Positions 25,185-36,057 of a DNA stretch of 51,908 nucleotides are shown piece by piece. Numbering within the stretch: the first letter of the stretch is position 1; each line of letters opens with the position of its first letter. A program made the position numbers and the translations under genes. The notes beneath the pieces were generated by a model. The model had not been told where the DNA came from and did no database searches. It worked only from the letters and a program-made list of their open reading frames with translations. Source of the stretch: a virus (taxonomy: Duplodnaviria; Caudoviricetes); the IMG/VR virus record IMGVR_UViG_3300037631_003842, positions 1-51,908 of that record; one strand, written 5' to 3'.

Positions 25185-28178
25185 TTACTGTCCTACTGTT
25201 TTTGTTTGTGATGGATTAGTTGAAGGTGTTTGATTTACTGTTATTGGTGTTATAAATCCTTCACCTACTATTTTTGTAAACGGTGCAGGTGTAAATCCTT
25301 TGACTGCTGGTCGTTTATCTTTAGGTATGAAAACAAAATTGCCATCGGCGTGTTGATACCATTCGAAAAATCCATCATTGTCTAAATCAAGATATTGAGT
25401 TGCCGTTTTTGTGTCAAAAGATTTTGATATAACAGCATTTGTTGGAAGATTTGTAAAAGCTGAGAAGAAAGCTTCATTTCTTCTTTCTAAAGCTGCAGGG
25501 TCGCCATAACTACCCCATTCATCAGAATGAAATCTTACTGTGGACGCTGTGGCTTGATGCACTTTTGTCTGTGGCTGTTGTTGTGGTCTTCGAGGTGAAA
25601 CTGGGCGTTTTTCAACTGTTGATGTAATAGCTTGTTGTTTTTGCTCTCCTTCGAACGAAATAGTTCTATATGCTGGAAGCTCAGGTATAATGCCACCCCA
25701 AGAGCCTCTTGAATAAGATATAATAGACCTTGCAAGAATATTACCTGTAATTGGGTCTGTTTGAAGGTCATAGCTTATTTGATTAACATAACATATAAAG
25801 TAATTCATTCTATCTGACTTAACATTCATAAACTCTGTGTTAGCTTTGTCACTGAAGTTAACAGCTATCCAGCAACCTTGTTTAATAGCGTAAGTTGTCT
25901 CAAGAAATATTATTAATGTGCCTTCAGCATATTTAGAGCCATCACCCATTGTCATATATAAACGTTCAGCTGTTGAATTGCTTTCATTAACTGCACCTTT
26001 TTCTTTAGGTGATAAAGTCTGGAATGGATAGTTAGTTTGATAGTATCTTAATCCATAACGGCTTGCATCATAAACGTTAATATAAGGCTCAGTTAATATA
26101 TCACCTGCTTTAGGGTCAATTAGAGAATAAGGATGCATAACTTGCACACCATTAACTCTAACACTTTCGTTATAAGAAAAATTAAAGTCTATAACATCTC
26201 TAAATGGTAAAACTGGCATATAAGTTAAATCTGGAAAATATTCTTTTACTTTTTCAGGAGCTTCGTTTTGCAATTTAACATTAGAATTGTTTATGACACT
26301 ATCAATACTCATAAACCCTTCTTGATTTTCTCTTAACATTTCGCTCTGAGGTGTGTATGTTATATTTCTATAGTATGGCTCGTTTTGTCCCTTCGCAGTT
26401 TTAGGTGGTTCTGATGAGAATATTCTTTGATAATTTTGATATTCAGCATTTAAGCTGTCCTTGTTTATCTGAATATATGGGTGCATTGGCTTTTTTCTAT
26501 AAATAAGAGCAACGATGCCACCTAATTTTCTTTCATAGTCATTAGCAGCTGCATACCATCTTTTGTTTGTTATAGGTATAATGACTGGGAATAACTCGTG
26601 TGTTTTATCATCAGGCTGAAATGTTGATATGCAAGCTCCCCATATTGTTTGACCTTTAGAATATAGATTATTTATTTTATTTAAGTTTTCGCTAAATAGG
26701 GGTTTTGCTGCTAATCCTTGCACCCAAGGAAATTGATTAAGGTCTTCACTCTGAATATTAGAAGGAAAGTCTTGAGTTGATGAGATAACGCGTATAACAT
26801 CACCTATTCTTTGCTCAAAACCTTCAGTAAACTCACCACTTGTTGGCAACTTAGCTTCACCTCTGACTAACTCTTCTTGTAAAAGTCTTGCAGCAACAGT
26901 TGTATCACCCGGTGCAGTTCTTTGAGTTGCAAATTCTTGGTCGCTATCACCTATTTCTACATCTCTATATTGAACAGCTCTATTAACTTCTCTACTTTGA
27001 AAAACTCCAGGCTTAGTTGGGTCAGGATTTTTAGTAACTTCGTCTAAGATTGCTAATATGTCTTTGCCTATTTGTTTAATCTTCTTTTCAGAAACACCTT
27101 GCGTCCTTAGAAGTCTGATATAACTAACAGCACCTTTGTCTAATTCTTTTTCAATATCAGCCACCCATTGTTCTAACGTAAACTTTGCTGTTAGAGATGT
27201 GGGAAACTTAGGATAACCTAAAAACGTTAAAACGTCCTTTAAATCCTTGCCATTGTCCTTACGTATTATACTACCATCAACTACTAACTGAAGAAATTGA
27301 TTATATAGGTCATTATCAAAGAAAAATTCTGATACTAAATCACCTTTTGTCTCTGTCTGACGTTTTGTGCTAAAACTTCTTGTAAATGCTCTTCTCTTAG
27401 GACTATCAGCAGGGACGCCTAAGGCATCTAAGCTTCTATTGATTTGCCCAAAGTCTTTTCTAATACGTGGGTCTTCAGGTCCTAATGATTTATGGACTGT
27501 GGGTGAAACAACATATTGACCTGTTATTAGTGGCGAAATAAATGAGCCACAAGCAAGTGTCAAATTAGTCATTATCAGTCCCGTATTTGTATCTGTTGTT
27601 AAGGAATAACTAATATTTGTAATAACAAGTAAATGTGTTAAAAAGTGCTCACTGCGTAAAAGTGGGTCATCTATTTTATTATTAGACGTTGGAGCACTTT
27701 TTTGTCTGATAGAAATAAATCCACCAGTATCTAATCTGCCTCCACCGTTTTTAAATAAAACTTGAATATGCTCAAAAGGTAATTTAAGATTTATTGTTGC
27801 TGTTGTATATGGAGCATCAATGATTTCATTTACTGATAGATTTGTTATAAAAGGTGTTAAAGGGAGCGGAATAGGAATATCGTGATTATGATACATTACA
27901 GAAAACTTAGCACCAAAATCTGTTTTATCTACTTTTAAGTATTCTTTAACTTTCTGCACCATCCATTGAATAAGTGTAACAATACTTTGTCCGTGTTTAC
28001 CACCTTGCTTATCTCTAAGTTTAGCAGCATCTGCTACTGGAAAAGGTTGTCTTTGACTTGCTGGAAGTGTGCCTTGTTCATCTACAGGTGTAACAGGTTC
28101 GCCATTTCGATGAGTAACAGTAAAAACAGCAGTGCTGCCTCCGCTACCTCCTGATGATGGTTGATTTTGTGTTGCCAT
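25185..28178 (-). CDS. baseplate hub / tail protein
   Basis: Directly after tape measure; RYGLR and G.LII hub-like motifs. Confidence 0.6.
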   Translation of the reverse strand: MATQNQPSSGGSGGSTAVFTVTHRNGEPVTPVDEQGTLPASQRQPFPVADAAKLRDKQGGKHGQSIVTLIQWMVQKVKEYLKVDKTDFGAKFSVMYHNHDIPIPLPLTPFITNLSVNEIIDAPYTTATINLKLPFEHIQVLFKNGGGRLDTGGFISIRQKSAPTSNNKIDDPLLRSEHFLTHLLVITNISYSLTTDTNTGLIMTNLTLACGSFISPLITGQYVVSPTVHKSLGPEDPRIRKDFGQINRSLDALGVPADSPKRRAFTRSFSTKRQTETKGDLVSEFFFDNDLYNQFLQLVVDGSIIRKDNGKDLKDVLTFLGYPKFPTSLTAKFTLEQWVADIEKELDKGAVSYIRLLRTQGVSEKKIKQIGKDILAILDEVTKNPDPTKPGVFQSREVNRAVQYRDVEIGDSDQEFATQRTAPGDTTVAARLLQEELVRGEAKLPTSGEFTEGFEQRIGDVIRVISSTQDFPSNIQSEDLNQFPWVQGLAAKPLFSENLNKINNLYSKGQTIWGACISTFQPDDKTHELFPVIIPITNKRWYAAANDYERKLGGIVALIYRKKPMHPYIQINKDSLNAEYQNYQRIFSSEPPKTAKGQNEPYYRNITYTPQSEMLRENQEGFMSIDSVINNSNVKLQNEAPEKVKEYFPDLTYMPVLPFRDVIDFNFSYNESVRVNGVQVMHPYSLIDPKAGDILTEPYINVYDASRYGLRYYQTNYPFQTLSPKEKGAVNESNSTAERLYMTMGDGSKYAEGTLIIFLETTYAIKQGCWIAVNFSDKANTEFMNVKSDRMNYFICYVNQISYDLQTDPITGNILARSIISYSRGSWGGIIPELPAYRTISFEGEQKQQAITSTVEKRPVSPRRPQQQPQTKVHQATASTVRFHSDEWGSYGDPAALERRNEAFFSAFTNLPTNAVISKSFDTKTATQYLDLDNDGFFEWYQHADGNFVFIPKDKRPAVKGFTPAPFTKIVGEGFITPITVNQTPSTNPSQTKTVGQ

Positions 28179-28190
28179 TTATTCTCTCCC

Positions 28191-30218
28191 TTAAATTGAT
28201 GGTATTTGTTTACCTTTAGGCAATTTCTTATTAATTGCTTTTATTAACTCGTTCATCGTTTTAACTAAATCACCTGAGGTCTGCTCAAAAACTGTATTTA
28301 AAGATAATACTGCGTTTGTATGTGCTTTTTGAAGCTCAGCATTGTCAAATAATTGTTTTTGAAGAGCATTGTTCGAGTCAACAAGAGTTGTAACTTTGTC
28401 TATATTGTCATATGTTTGCTTAACTCTTTCAAACTGTCCCGCAGCTTGCTTTGACGTGATTTTCATTTTTGAACCAGGGCCACCTTTTCTTACAGCAGCT
28501 CTACCTGCTATAATATCTGATGTTATTCTGGCACTACCTGCTGCTTGTGTATCGTCTAAAGCAAACTGAATTTGTGCTTCATCTAATCCCTCACCTAACA
28601 ATCTTGCTTGTATGACATCCTCAGACATACCTGCTTCTCTCATTTGCTGGACTTTTTGTTGTGGTGTGCGAGCTCTGCTAAGTCTATTAGCTTCTCTCAT
28701 TATTTGAACACCACTTGCTCCAGCACCTAAGTTTTGTCTTGCAGCTCTAACATCCATAGCAAACCCAAGATTATCAGCCATACCTCCAAACATTCTACCC
28801 ATTTGACCAGAAGTGCCTTCAAACATTTGCTGATGTGTCATAAATGACCTGTTTATTGCATTCTGAAAACCTTTAAAGGATGTGGGATTGCCATCTTGAT
28901 TTTCAAATCCCATAGCTTCTTCGAATAATCTTCTACGACCTCCTGTCATACCAAACATATTTGCTTGTTGTCCTAAAGCTTTCATACTTTCTGTAAGAAC
29001 GTTCATACCTCGAGCACCTAATTGATTACCTGCACCAAAGTTAGCAATATTACTTATGGCACCACCTATTAATCCTCGAGCTCCACTACCCCTCATCTGC
29101 ATTTCTTGTATGCCACCTAAAACAGTTGAGCCAAAACCTACGTTTTTAAATTTAAAAATATCACCAACTGTAAAGCTTTTCTCTAAAGCATCACGTCCAG
29201 TGCCACCTATTCTATTAGTCCTAAATCCACCTGTTGTATATACGTCTAAGATGTTCTCCATAGCCATTTCAGGTGAATATCCATATTTCGCTGCCATCCC
29301 CCCACCATTTGCAGTCGCGACCATATTTGCAACTCCACCAAAGCCGCCACCAATAGAAGCACTTGTTCTAAAAGCCATTCTTTCAAGGCCAGCCATTTGA
29401 CTTGCTCTATGTTCTAAAACAGCAGCATCCTGTGCCTTTTCAGCGCCAAGTCCAAAAGGAAGATTACTAAAAATGCCACTAACAGTTGTCCCAGCACCTA
29501 TTTGACCGATGCCTAAAAGGTGTTTACCAATTGTTGATGAAATACCACCTAATTCTCTAACAGCCTTAGGTATTTTAAACTCAAATAAGTTTTTAGGTCC
29601 TCCAAATCTGTGTAATGGATTAGGTATTTTAAAGTCTGGGATGTGTTTAGCACCAAGACCTAAACCCAACATTAATCCACCCACTATAGGCTGCGACATT
29701 TTTGAACCTGAATTTGGGTCATCTGGGAAATCTCCGTCATCACCTCCACCACCGCGGCCTCCGCCTCCTCCACGTATTTTAGGGTCTTTCTGAAGGTTTA
29801 ACTGCTCGAATATACCCATTGGGTCTCCGCCACCGGCTCCGCCACCCATAGAGCCCATACCAAATCCACCTCCACTTTTGCCCATAGCTGCTGCTAATTT
29901 ATTTAATGCACCTACAAGTTTATTGTTGCTTGCAATAAGTTTATTTATAGAGCTACTAAGACCTGCCATCCCTCCGCCACTTTGGCCTCCACCAGGGCCG
30001 GACATCATAGGTAATTTAGAAGCAGCAGCACCTGCAGCACCACTCATAGCGAATGGATTAGTCGCACCTGCGGCTGCCAGATTATTTTGACCTCCAAATT
30101 GAGCACCACTAAAGTCAGGCATCTTAGGCCCTGCTTGACCAAAGGCTGATAGAGCGTCTAATGCTCCTTGGGGTGCAGCGTTTTTATTTGCACTCCCTAA
30201 TAATGACAAGGCATCCAT
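28191..30218 (-). CDS. tape measure protein
   Basis: Gly/Ala/Met-rich helical protein after the tail chaperones. Confidence 0.7.
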   Translation of the reverse strand: MDALSLLGSANKNAAPQGALDALSAFGQAGPKMPDFSGAQFGGQNNLAAAGATNPFAMSGAAGAAASKLPMMSGPGGGQSGGGMAGLSSSINKLIASNNKLVGALNKLAAAMGKSGGGFGMGSMGGGAGGGDPMGIFEQLNLQKDPKIRGGGGGRGGGGDDGDFPDDPNSGSKMSQPIVGGLMLGLGLGAKHIPDFKIPNPLHRFGGPKNLFEFKIPKAVRELGGISSTIGKHLLGIGQIGAGTTVSGIFSNLPFGLGAEKAQDAAVLEHRASQMAGLERMAFRTSASIGGGFGGVANMVATANGGGMAAKYGYSPEMAMENILDVYTTGGFRTNRIGGTGRDALEKSFTVGDIFKFKNVGFGSTVLGGIQEMQMRGSGARGLIGGAISNIANFGAGNQLGARGMNVLTESMKALGQQANMFGMTGGRRRLFEEAMGFENQDGNPTSFKGFQNAINRSFMTHQQMFEGTSGQMGRMFGGMADNLGFAMDVRAARQNLGAGASGVQIMREANRLSRARTPQQKVQQMREAGMSEDVIQARLLGEGLDEAQIQFALDDTQAAGSARITSDIIAGRAAVRKGGPGSKMKITSKQAAGQFERVKQTYDNIDKVTTLVDSNNALQKQLFDNAELQKAHTNAVLSLNTVFEQTSGDLVKTMNELIKAINKKLPKGKQIPSI

Positions 30219-30228
30219 ATAATAACTC

Positions 30229-30622
30229 CTATTGGTATTTCTTTAGCATATCCATTAATGAACTGTTATCACCTTCTGCGAAAGCTTTCTCCATTTCAAA
30301 TATTGATTGTTCAGCAACAATTTCATCTTTGATACTTTCAATGTCAATATTCTCTTCGTCTGAAGTTTTCTTAGGTGCAGCTTTAAGTTTAATGATTTCT
30401 TTCTTTTTAAGTTGTTCTTTGGATTTACTTTTAAAGTCTCTCCATAATATGTCAAATTGCTCGTTCTCTAAAGACAGTAAAGAGAACTCTAAATTCTCCC
30501 AACAAGTGATATTTTCTGTATCTAATACAGGCAAAGCTGAGTGTTCGAGTTTAGTCCTTACCAAAACGAAAGCGGGGTTTGCTCTCTGTTTCTTCATCCT
30601 CGGGACTATTGTTTCGAAAAAA
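30229..30622 (-). CDS. tail assembly chaperone extension (probably expressed by +1 frameshift)
   Basis: Frame is open through the TTTTTTC site at 30616-30622 inside the upstream chaperone; ATG at 30597 lacks a properly spaced RBS. Confidence 0.6.
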
Positions 30623-31036
30623 TGCGCCTTCGTGCTGAAGAAGCCTCCCTCCTAACTCAAAACAAAACTCTAAGTCTTCTCCTGCTGCTTCTAATACCCA
30701 ACTTGGTGGTGTGTCGAGCTGACAAACAATACGCGCAACGCATAAATGTCTATTTTTAGTCTCATAAGGTAATCTATCAAAATAAACACCATCAGATAGA
30801 GCTGATAATACTCTTTCATACTCTAAACGAGACTTACTGTTCATAACTTTAGAAATAAGTTTACATTTCTTTATTGTGCCATCATCAAGCATATATTCAA
30901 GAGGAAACTCTTTTACTCTTGGCTCAAAAGTATTGTCTTCTTCGCTGATTTGTGATGTTTTCTTTTGCTTTTTAATTTCAGTAATGCTCGGTGCTTCTGC
31001 ACTGTCTACTTCTTCTTTAAGTTTATTTAAATCCAT
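30551..31036 (-). CDS. tail assembly chaperone
   Basis: Between tube and tape measure genes; PxW motif and FFR near the C-terminus. Confidence 0.75.
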   Translation of the reverse strand: MDLNKLKEEVDSAEAPSITEIKKQKKTSQISEEDNTFEPRVKEFPLEYMLDDGTIKKCKLISKVMNSKSRLEYERVLSALSDGVYFDRLPYETKNRHLCVARIVCQLDTPPSWVLEAAGEDLEFCFELGGRLLQHEGAFFRNNSPEDEETESKPRFRFGKD

Positions 31037-31193
31037 TTTGCTACTCCCAGATTTTATATTACTATATATAATTATATGTCAAATCGCGTTTTTTTTATTT
31101 TATTTGCTATGTTTATTACAATATTGTGGATTTGACTTAATAAGTTGTATGTTTTTGATGTCGCAACGAATACTTTTATTACTTTTATTAAAT

Positions 31194-31250
31194 AAAAAAA
31201 TACCGATTAAATTGATACACAGAATAACGTGCAGCAACTTAGCCGGTATT
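31194..31250 (-). terminator. long-stem terminator after the tail tube gene
   Basis: AATACCG...CGGTATT extended imperfect stem plus T7. Confidence 0.7.
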
Positions 31251-31313
31251 TAAGTATATATTTATAGGTGATTTCGTAAATATATAAACAGAGATAAACG
31301 TCGTTTCTTTATA

Positions 31314-31841
31314 TTATGCTTCTATGCCATCAGGGTGTCTGATAAGATAGAGTGCGTCAACAGAGACCTGCACACCCATAAGTGAGCCACGGTCAACAAC
31401 GATGCTTTGTGATGATGGACGACATCCCACAACTGTATAAATCTTACGGTCTTCATCTTGAATACTGCCGTCAGCTTCGCCTGGTGCAGCACTGTCGTAA
31501 ATCTCTAAGTCGAATGCTGAAGATGAAAGTGCATTGTCAGTTCTTGCAGAAGCTGTTGGATTTTGTCCTTCAGCAACTTGCTCAGTTGTAATCATTGAGC
31601 TTTCATCTACTTCTTCGGCCTCAACAAGTCCGTTGTTAGAATTAGTTTTAAAAATACGTATAAAGTTAATAGTTGCTGTAACGATGCGTGAAATAGGTGT
31701 AATCTCTCGACTATCAATAAAACCTAAACTCTCTACACGTCCATTAAGCTGACTTTCTTGTATAGAAATGCCTGTTGCATATCCACATACTTTGCCGTCG
31801 ACCTTAACTATTGCTTTAGCTCCTGTAATTATGTTTGCCAT
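31314..31841 (-). CDS. tail tube protein
   Basis: Follows sheath; ITGAKA.VKV.G..CGYA.GI....GF...EI.P pattern of myovirus tubes. Confidence 0.85.
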   Translation of the reverse strand: MANIITGAKAIVKVDGKVCGYATGISIQESQLNGRVESLGFIDSREITPISRIVTATINFIRIFKTNSNNGLVEAEEVDESSMITTEQVAEGQNPTASARTDNALSSSAFDLEIYDSAAPGEADGSIQDEDRKIYTVVGCRPSSQSIVVDRGSLMGVQVSVDALYLIRHPDGIEA

Positions 31842-31852
31842 TGTTTATCTCC

Positions 31853-33544
31853 TTATTGGCCTGCTACGATATTAGCAGTAATGCGAATGAAGTTGAGTGG
31901 CTCGATAAGTGCAACGTCAAAGTCAATAAAAATAGTATCAGCCTCACGTCGGAGTTGAATATTTCTAAAGTCTTGGATAGCACCTAAATCACGAAGTTGA
32001 GTTAAACGCTGCTTAGCAAGCGCTGATACTCTATTACCAGTTGAATTAGTAATACGTGAGCCAAGCTCGGATGTTAAAAATTTACGAAGTTCTCTTACAC
32101 ATACGTCAATACTTTCTCTACAAGATACTTCAGTATTAACTGAAAGGTCATCTTTACGCCAAGATGTTAGTGAGCGAATAACCTCAAGTTCATTGCTTGA
32201 CCCAAGTTTAACAGCAACGATACTCTTTTGAGCAACGCTATTGCTGGCACGCTCTCTATCCCAGTTTTCTTTTGTATCAAAGATGTTAAGTGCTTTACGA
32301 GTTAGTGGCTCTGCAGGAGGCAATGCACCTTGAGCACACATCAACATAAATGCTAAATACTCAGGTCCTTCATCTCTACGTGCGCCTTTATGGTCTGCAA
32401 AAGTAATGTCTTGACCAACAACTGATATTCTAAAGTCGTTCATCTTTAAAACGTATCCACTGTAAATATCAGCAAGACTTGTTTGTGAAGGTGCACCGAC
32501 CCAAGCATTTCTCTCACGACCTGCAATGTATGCAAGGTCTAAGTGTCCTTTAAGAAGGTCGTGATGGTCCTGGTCTGTTGAGAAAACTGTGATTGTTGTA
32601 ATGTCTTTATTCTCAACAGAAGCAAAAGCAGCAGAATACTGTGCATCTGTTGGAGCTCCACCGTTAACTGCAGCAGTTGATGGACCAGTATATACAAAGT
32701 CTGGAAGTAATCTATATCCATCAGCAAGCTCAACATCAAATGGAAGGCTTGAGAAAGACTCGATAGTATCGATAAGTTCTGCAGTATGTGCGTGTAATGC
32801 GATAGTGTTTTGTCCCACTGATGTATAATCTAATACGTCGAGCTTTGATGGGACGCTAAATGATAAAGCGATACCAGCTAAAGCAGCAGGTAAAACAGCA
32901 ACTAATTCATCCATACGAGAATAATCTGAAAGTATGAATGTTTGTGCAGCTTGACCGCTTGGCGTATAAACCATTGTCTTAGAAGTTGTAATCTCAAGCT
33001 GGTCTCCGTCTGCAAGAGTAAGTTGCAATTGGTCACCGCCGTCGATTACATATTCAGCATCTGTGTCTTGCCAGGGTGCGCGAAGACTTAGTTTATAGTA
33101 TGGTCCAGAAGCGGAAAGCTCTGCAGGCAACGATGAAGGGTCGTCAAGTTGAAGTCTAATATCATTGCCGCTTGTGCCGTAATATGTTGACTTAAGTGTG
33201 AGTGCATCCGTCGCAGTTGCGTCTTGCAAGACCCATTGAGCCTGTGTGCTTTGTGCTGCACTAACGTAAGTGATAGATTTGGAAATGCCGTCTGCAACAG
33301 CTAATGAGCGTCTCCAAATTTTATCAAGTGTTAGCAATTTCGCGTCCATAGGATAAACTTCAGTTAAATCGAAGCCTCCTTGACCGAATTTGTATGGTGT
33401 ATCTTTTTTGAGTATGGGGAACTCCCCAACTACACAAAGATTTTTTGCTCCAAGCTGACCACTGGTATCGAGTGTATTTACAACATCGACAACAACGCTT
33501 GGCTCATAAAGCCTTGTGCCTCTAAATGTAATTGATGATGGCAT
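31853..33544 (-). CDS. tail sheath protein
   Basis: YG..GN.I, AEPLTRK and C-terminal IEPLNFIRIT sheath motifs. Confidence 0.92.
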   Translation of the reverse strand: MPSSITFRGTRLYEPSVVVDVVNTLDTSGQLGAKNLCVVGEFPILKKDTPYKFGQGGFDLTEVYPMDAKLLTLDKIWRRSLAVADGISKSITYVSAAQSTQAQWVLQDATATDALTLKSTYYGTSGNDIRLQLDDPSSLPAELSASGPYYKLSLRAPWQDTDAEYVIDGGDQLQLTLADGDQLEITTSKTMVYTPSGQAAQTFILSDYSRMDELVAVLPAALAGIALSFSVPSKLDVLDYTSVGQNTIALHAHTAELIDTIESFSSLPFDVELADGYRLLPDFVYTGPSTAAVNGGAPTDAQYSAAFASVENKDITTITVFSTDQDHHDLLKGHLDLAYIAGRERNAWVGAPSQTSLADIYSGYVLKMNDFRISVVGQDITFADHKGARRDEGPEYLAFMLMCAQGALPPAEPLTRKALNIFDTKENWDRERASNSVAQKSIVAVKLGSSNELEVIRSLTSWRKDDLSVNTEVSCRESIDVCVRELRKFLTSELGSRITNSTGNRVSALAKQRLTQLRDLGAIQDFRNIQLRREADTIFIDFDVALIEPLNFIRITANIVAGQ

Positions 33545-33576
33545 ATTATCTCCTTGTTTATTTAATAAATATAATG

Positions 33577-34155
33577 TTAGCTTTCGATGATGTTAGGATT
33601 TAACTCCCAAGGTCCGTCCCAAACAACTACTGGAGGCTTGGCGTTAATTTGCTTCTGTGCAGTAAATGTCAATGAACGAGCGTAAATATCTACGCCTGAT
33701 GTGATTAACTCATCTTCAACTTCTAAGTTTGTGCTTTTTTGAAACTGTATATTTAAATATCCAATAGCTAAGAAATTTTTCTTAAAAATCAACATTGAAG
33801 CCTGAATTAGTCTATGCAATATCCTAATACTGTCTAAATCGTCAACATATATATTAATATCGCATACTTGATTAACGAGCAGAGATAAGTTTGACTGAAT
33901 GCCTCTATTACCTAAAGGTTGAATTGCATCACTGCTCTTTTCTTCTACAGACACTGTTATTAATGGGAATTTATCGTGCTTTTTACGAAACGCCACATCA
34001 TATTTTATGTCTAAAGCTAAAAGTTTATCGTGATAAGCAGCTTTTAAGTTTGCACCAATGTCATAAAACAGTTCGTTGAATGCATTCTCATTATCAGCAT
34101 AATACTTAATGCCGTTAGCAATAGTATGTGTTATGTGTAAGTCAACAACACTCAT
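33577..34155 (-). CDS. tail completion / terminator protein
   Basis: Position just before sheath; FPLITVS...E motif. Confidence 0.6.
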   Translation of the reverse strand: MSVVDLHITHTIANGIKYYADNENAFNELFYDIGANLKAAYHDKLLALDIKYDVAFRKKHDKFPLITVSVEEKSSDAIQPLGNRGIQSNLSLLVNQVCDINIYVDDLDSIRILHRLIQASMLIFKKNFLAIGYLNIQFQKSTNLEVEDELITSGVDIYARSLTFTAQKQINAKPPVVVWDGPWELNPNIIES

Positions 34156-34943
34156 TAGTCAATCTCCATTATACATTCTACTTGAACTGGCATAGGAGAA
34201 GGGACTTCAACTTGATTTGTTCTTACGAATGTGTCTCTTATTGTATGAGGATGCCCAACAGCAATGAAAGTTGGTGAATGATAATACGATACAGAAATCT
34301 TTGCTCCTTGTGGAGGTGAATTTGCTGCGTTATTAAACGTTATTGTATCGCCGTTTAGTGTTATATCACTTACAGGTATTTCTGCATTAAGTTGAGCAAT
34401 ACCATTAGCGTCTGAAGGATAGATATGTAAAATATTTACATCAGTTTGTCCTCCGGCTAATGTTAATGTCCTTGTTTGTGGAGGATTTCTTAGTGTTGCA
34501 CTACCTTGTGCTACAATATCAACTACTTCACGTTTAACATAGACACTGTCTAATAGTAAAAATTTATCACCATAGCTTGGCAAATGCTCAGGCTCTAATG
34601 TAATCTTACATCTTTCTTTTCTGTGCAGACCGAATTTTTCTACTGTTTCTTCGCCTGCTGATGATGTCATTATTGCTTTGATTTCTTGTGCTGAATGTCT
34701 TATCTGCCCTGTCCCTTTACAAGCTGGACAGTTTGGATTAGGACCTGCTTCATTAGCATCAATATCTTGAACTTCTATTAAATTCATACCAACACTTGTT
34801 GAAGACTTAAGAAAACAAGGACAAGAAACGGTTTGCTCCCATTGAAGTCTAATGCCTTTTTGTTGAATGAGCTTTCTAAACTCTTCTATTCTAAAATCGG
34901 CTCTTGTTTTTGTTAAGCTTTGTTGTGGTGTTTGTAAAATCAT
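34155..34943 (-). CDS. head-tail joining (neck) protein
   Basis: F..LI..KG....WE....CPC...C..C.G.G pattern of Twort/SPO1-like neck proteins. Confidence 0.75.
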   Translation of the reverse strand: MILQTPQQSLTKTRADFRIEEFRKLIQQKGIRLQWEQTVSCPCFLKSSTSVGMNLIEVQDIDANEAGPNPNCPACKGTGQIRHSAQEIKAIMTSSAGEETVEKFGLHRKERCKITLEPEHLPSYGDKFLLLDSVYVKREVVDIVAQGSATLRNPPQTRTLTLAGGQTDVNILHIYPSDANGIAQLNAEIPVSDITLNGDTITFNNAANSPPQGAKISVSYYHSPTFIAVGHPHTIRDTFVRTNQVEVPSPMPVQVECIMEID

Positions 34944-34945
34944 AA

Positions 34946-35947
34946 TTAGAAGCCTGCAGCAATCTTAGAAACTTTATATTTCTTTTTAAGTGTTGCCATA
35001 GCAGTTTTCAGTTGGTCTTTGTAAGAAATAATCTTAGCGCCATAACCTGCTGAAGTTGCTGAAGATGTTGTTGCAATGTTTTGACTTAGTCCGTCAACTG
35101 CAACACTAAACTGTCCTATACCTGCTCCTGCAAGTAAATCACCTGCAGTATCTAAAGGTAAAATAGCAGCTGTGTATAGTATTGCCTTAACAATAAGAGG
35201 TGGCACTGTGTGTAATTTATAACTAATAACTACATCACCTTGTGCTCCAGCTGTGCTAATCTCTACACTAAATGATTTATCAGATAATCCGAATGGCTTA
35301 ACAGTGGGAGGTGTTGCACCTGCTTGATTACCATTGCCATCGTCTGTGATTTCAAAAATAAATCTTGGTCTATCAATTAAGTTTTCGCTAATAGAAATAT
35401 CAGAAACTTCTGTTTGACCTTGTGGGACCGTAATAGTGCCTTCTAACATCGTAAATCCTGCTGTATAGTCATAACTAAAGTATGCAGGCACTCTGCTATA
35501 TACACCGTGATTTGCTATTGGGTCAATCAAAAGAGGTAAAACATTACTAAATCTAAAAGTCCCAATACTTTCAGCAGTTGGTATTAAGCTGACAGATGAT
35601 GTTTCTGGGGATGTTATATTAAGCCAAGCGTCTGGTATTTGAACTGGTGTATATTTGCCATATGAAATTGTTAAATCTTTAACTTCTTTAAGCGGCCTTC
35701 TATCTAATTGTTGTCCATACCAAGCATTTCTTTGGTCGTTATATAAATCGTGTCTTTCGTTATTGACTGTAAATGGGTCTATTGTTATTTCTAATTCTTC
35801 TTCTATTAAACTTATTGCTTGTTCTATAGCTTCTTCAAAAAGCTCATCAGGATATGCATTACCAGCGTCGTCTGTTAGGTCAACACCTGTAAGCATTGTC
35901 TTTTTTAATAGGTCTGCTGTAATAATGTCTCTTAATACTAATGCCAT
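34946..35947 (-). CDS. head-tail adaptor / head completion protein
   Basis: After capsid gene; DY.AG, G....S..VDGLSQ...TTSSA...GYGA.I motifs of Herelleviridae-like adaptors. Confidence 0.8.
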   Translation of the reverse strand: MALVLRDIITADLLKKTMLTGVDLTDDAGNAYPDELFEEAIEQAISLIEEELEITIDPFTVNNERHDLYNDQRNAWYGQQLDRRPLKEVKDLTISYGKYTPVQIPDAWLNITSPETSSVSLIPTAESIGTFRFSNVLPLLIDPIANHGVYSRVPAYFSYDYTAGFTMLEGTITVPQGQTEVSDISISENLIDRPRFIFEITDDGNGNQAGATPPTVKPFGLSDKSFSVEISTAGAQGDVVISYKLHTVPPLIVKAILYTAAILPLDTAGDLLAGAGIGQFSVAVDGLSQNIATTSSATSAGYGAKIISYKDQLKTAMATLKKKYKVSKIAAGF

Positions 35948-36057
35948 ATTTGTTGTCCTTATGAGTTATCTGTTTGATGTCGGTGAAACTTTCTTTGATT
36001 ATCTATGGTATTATAATAAATCTAAGTTTCTTTTTAACTACGTCTAATCTGCGTATG

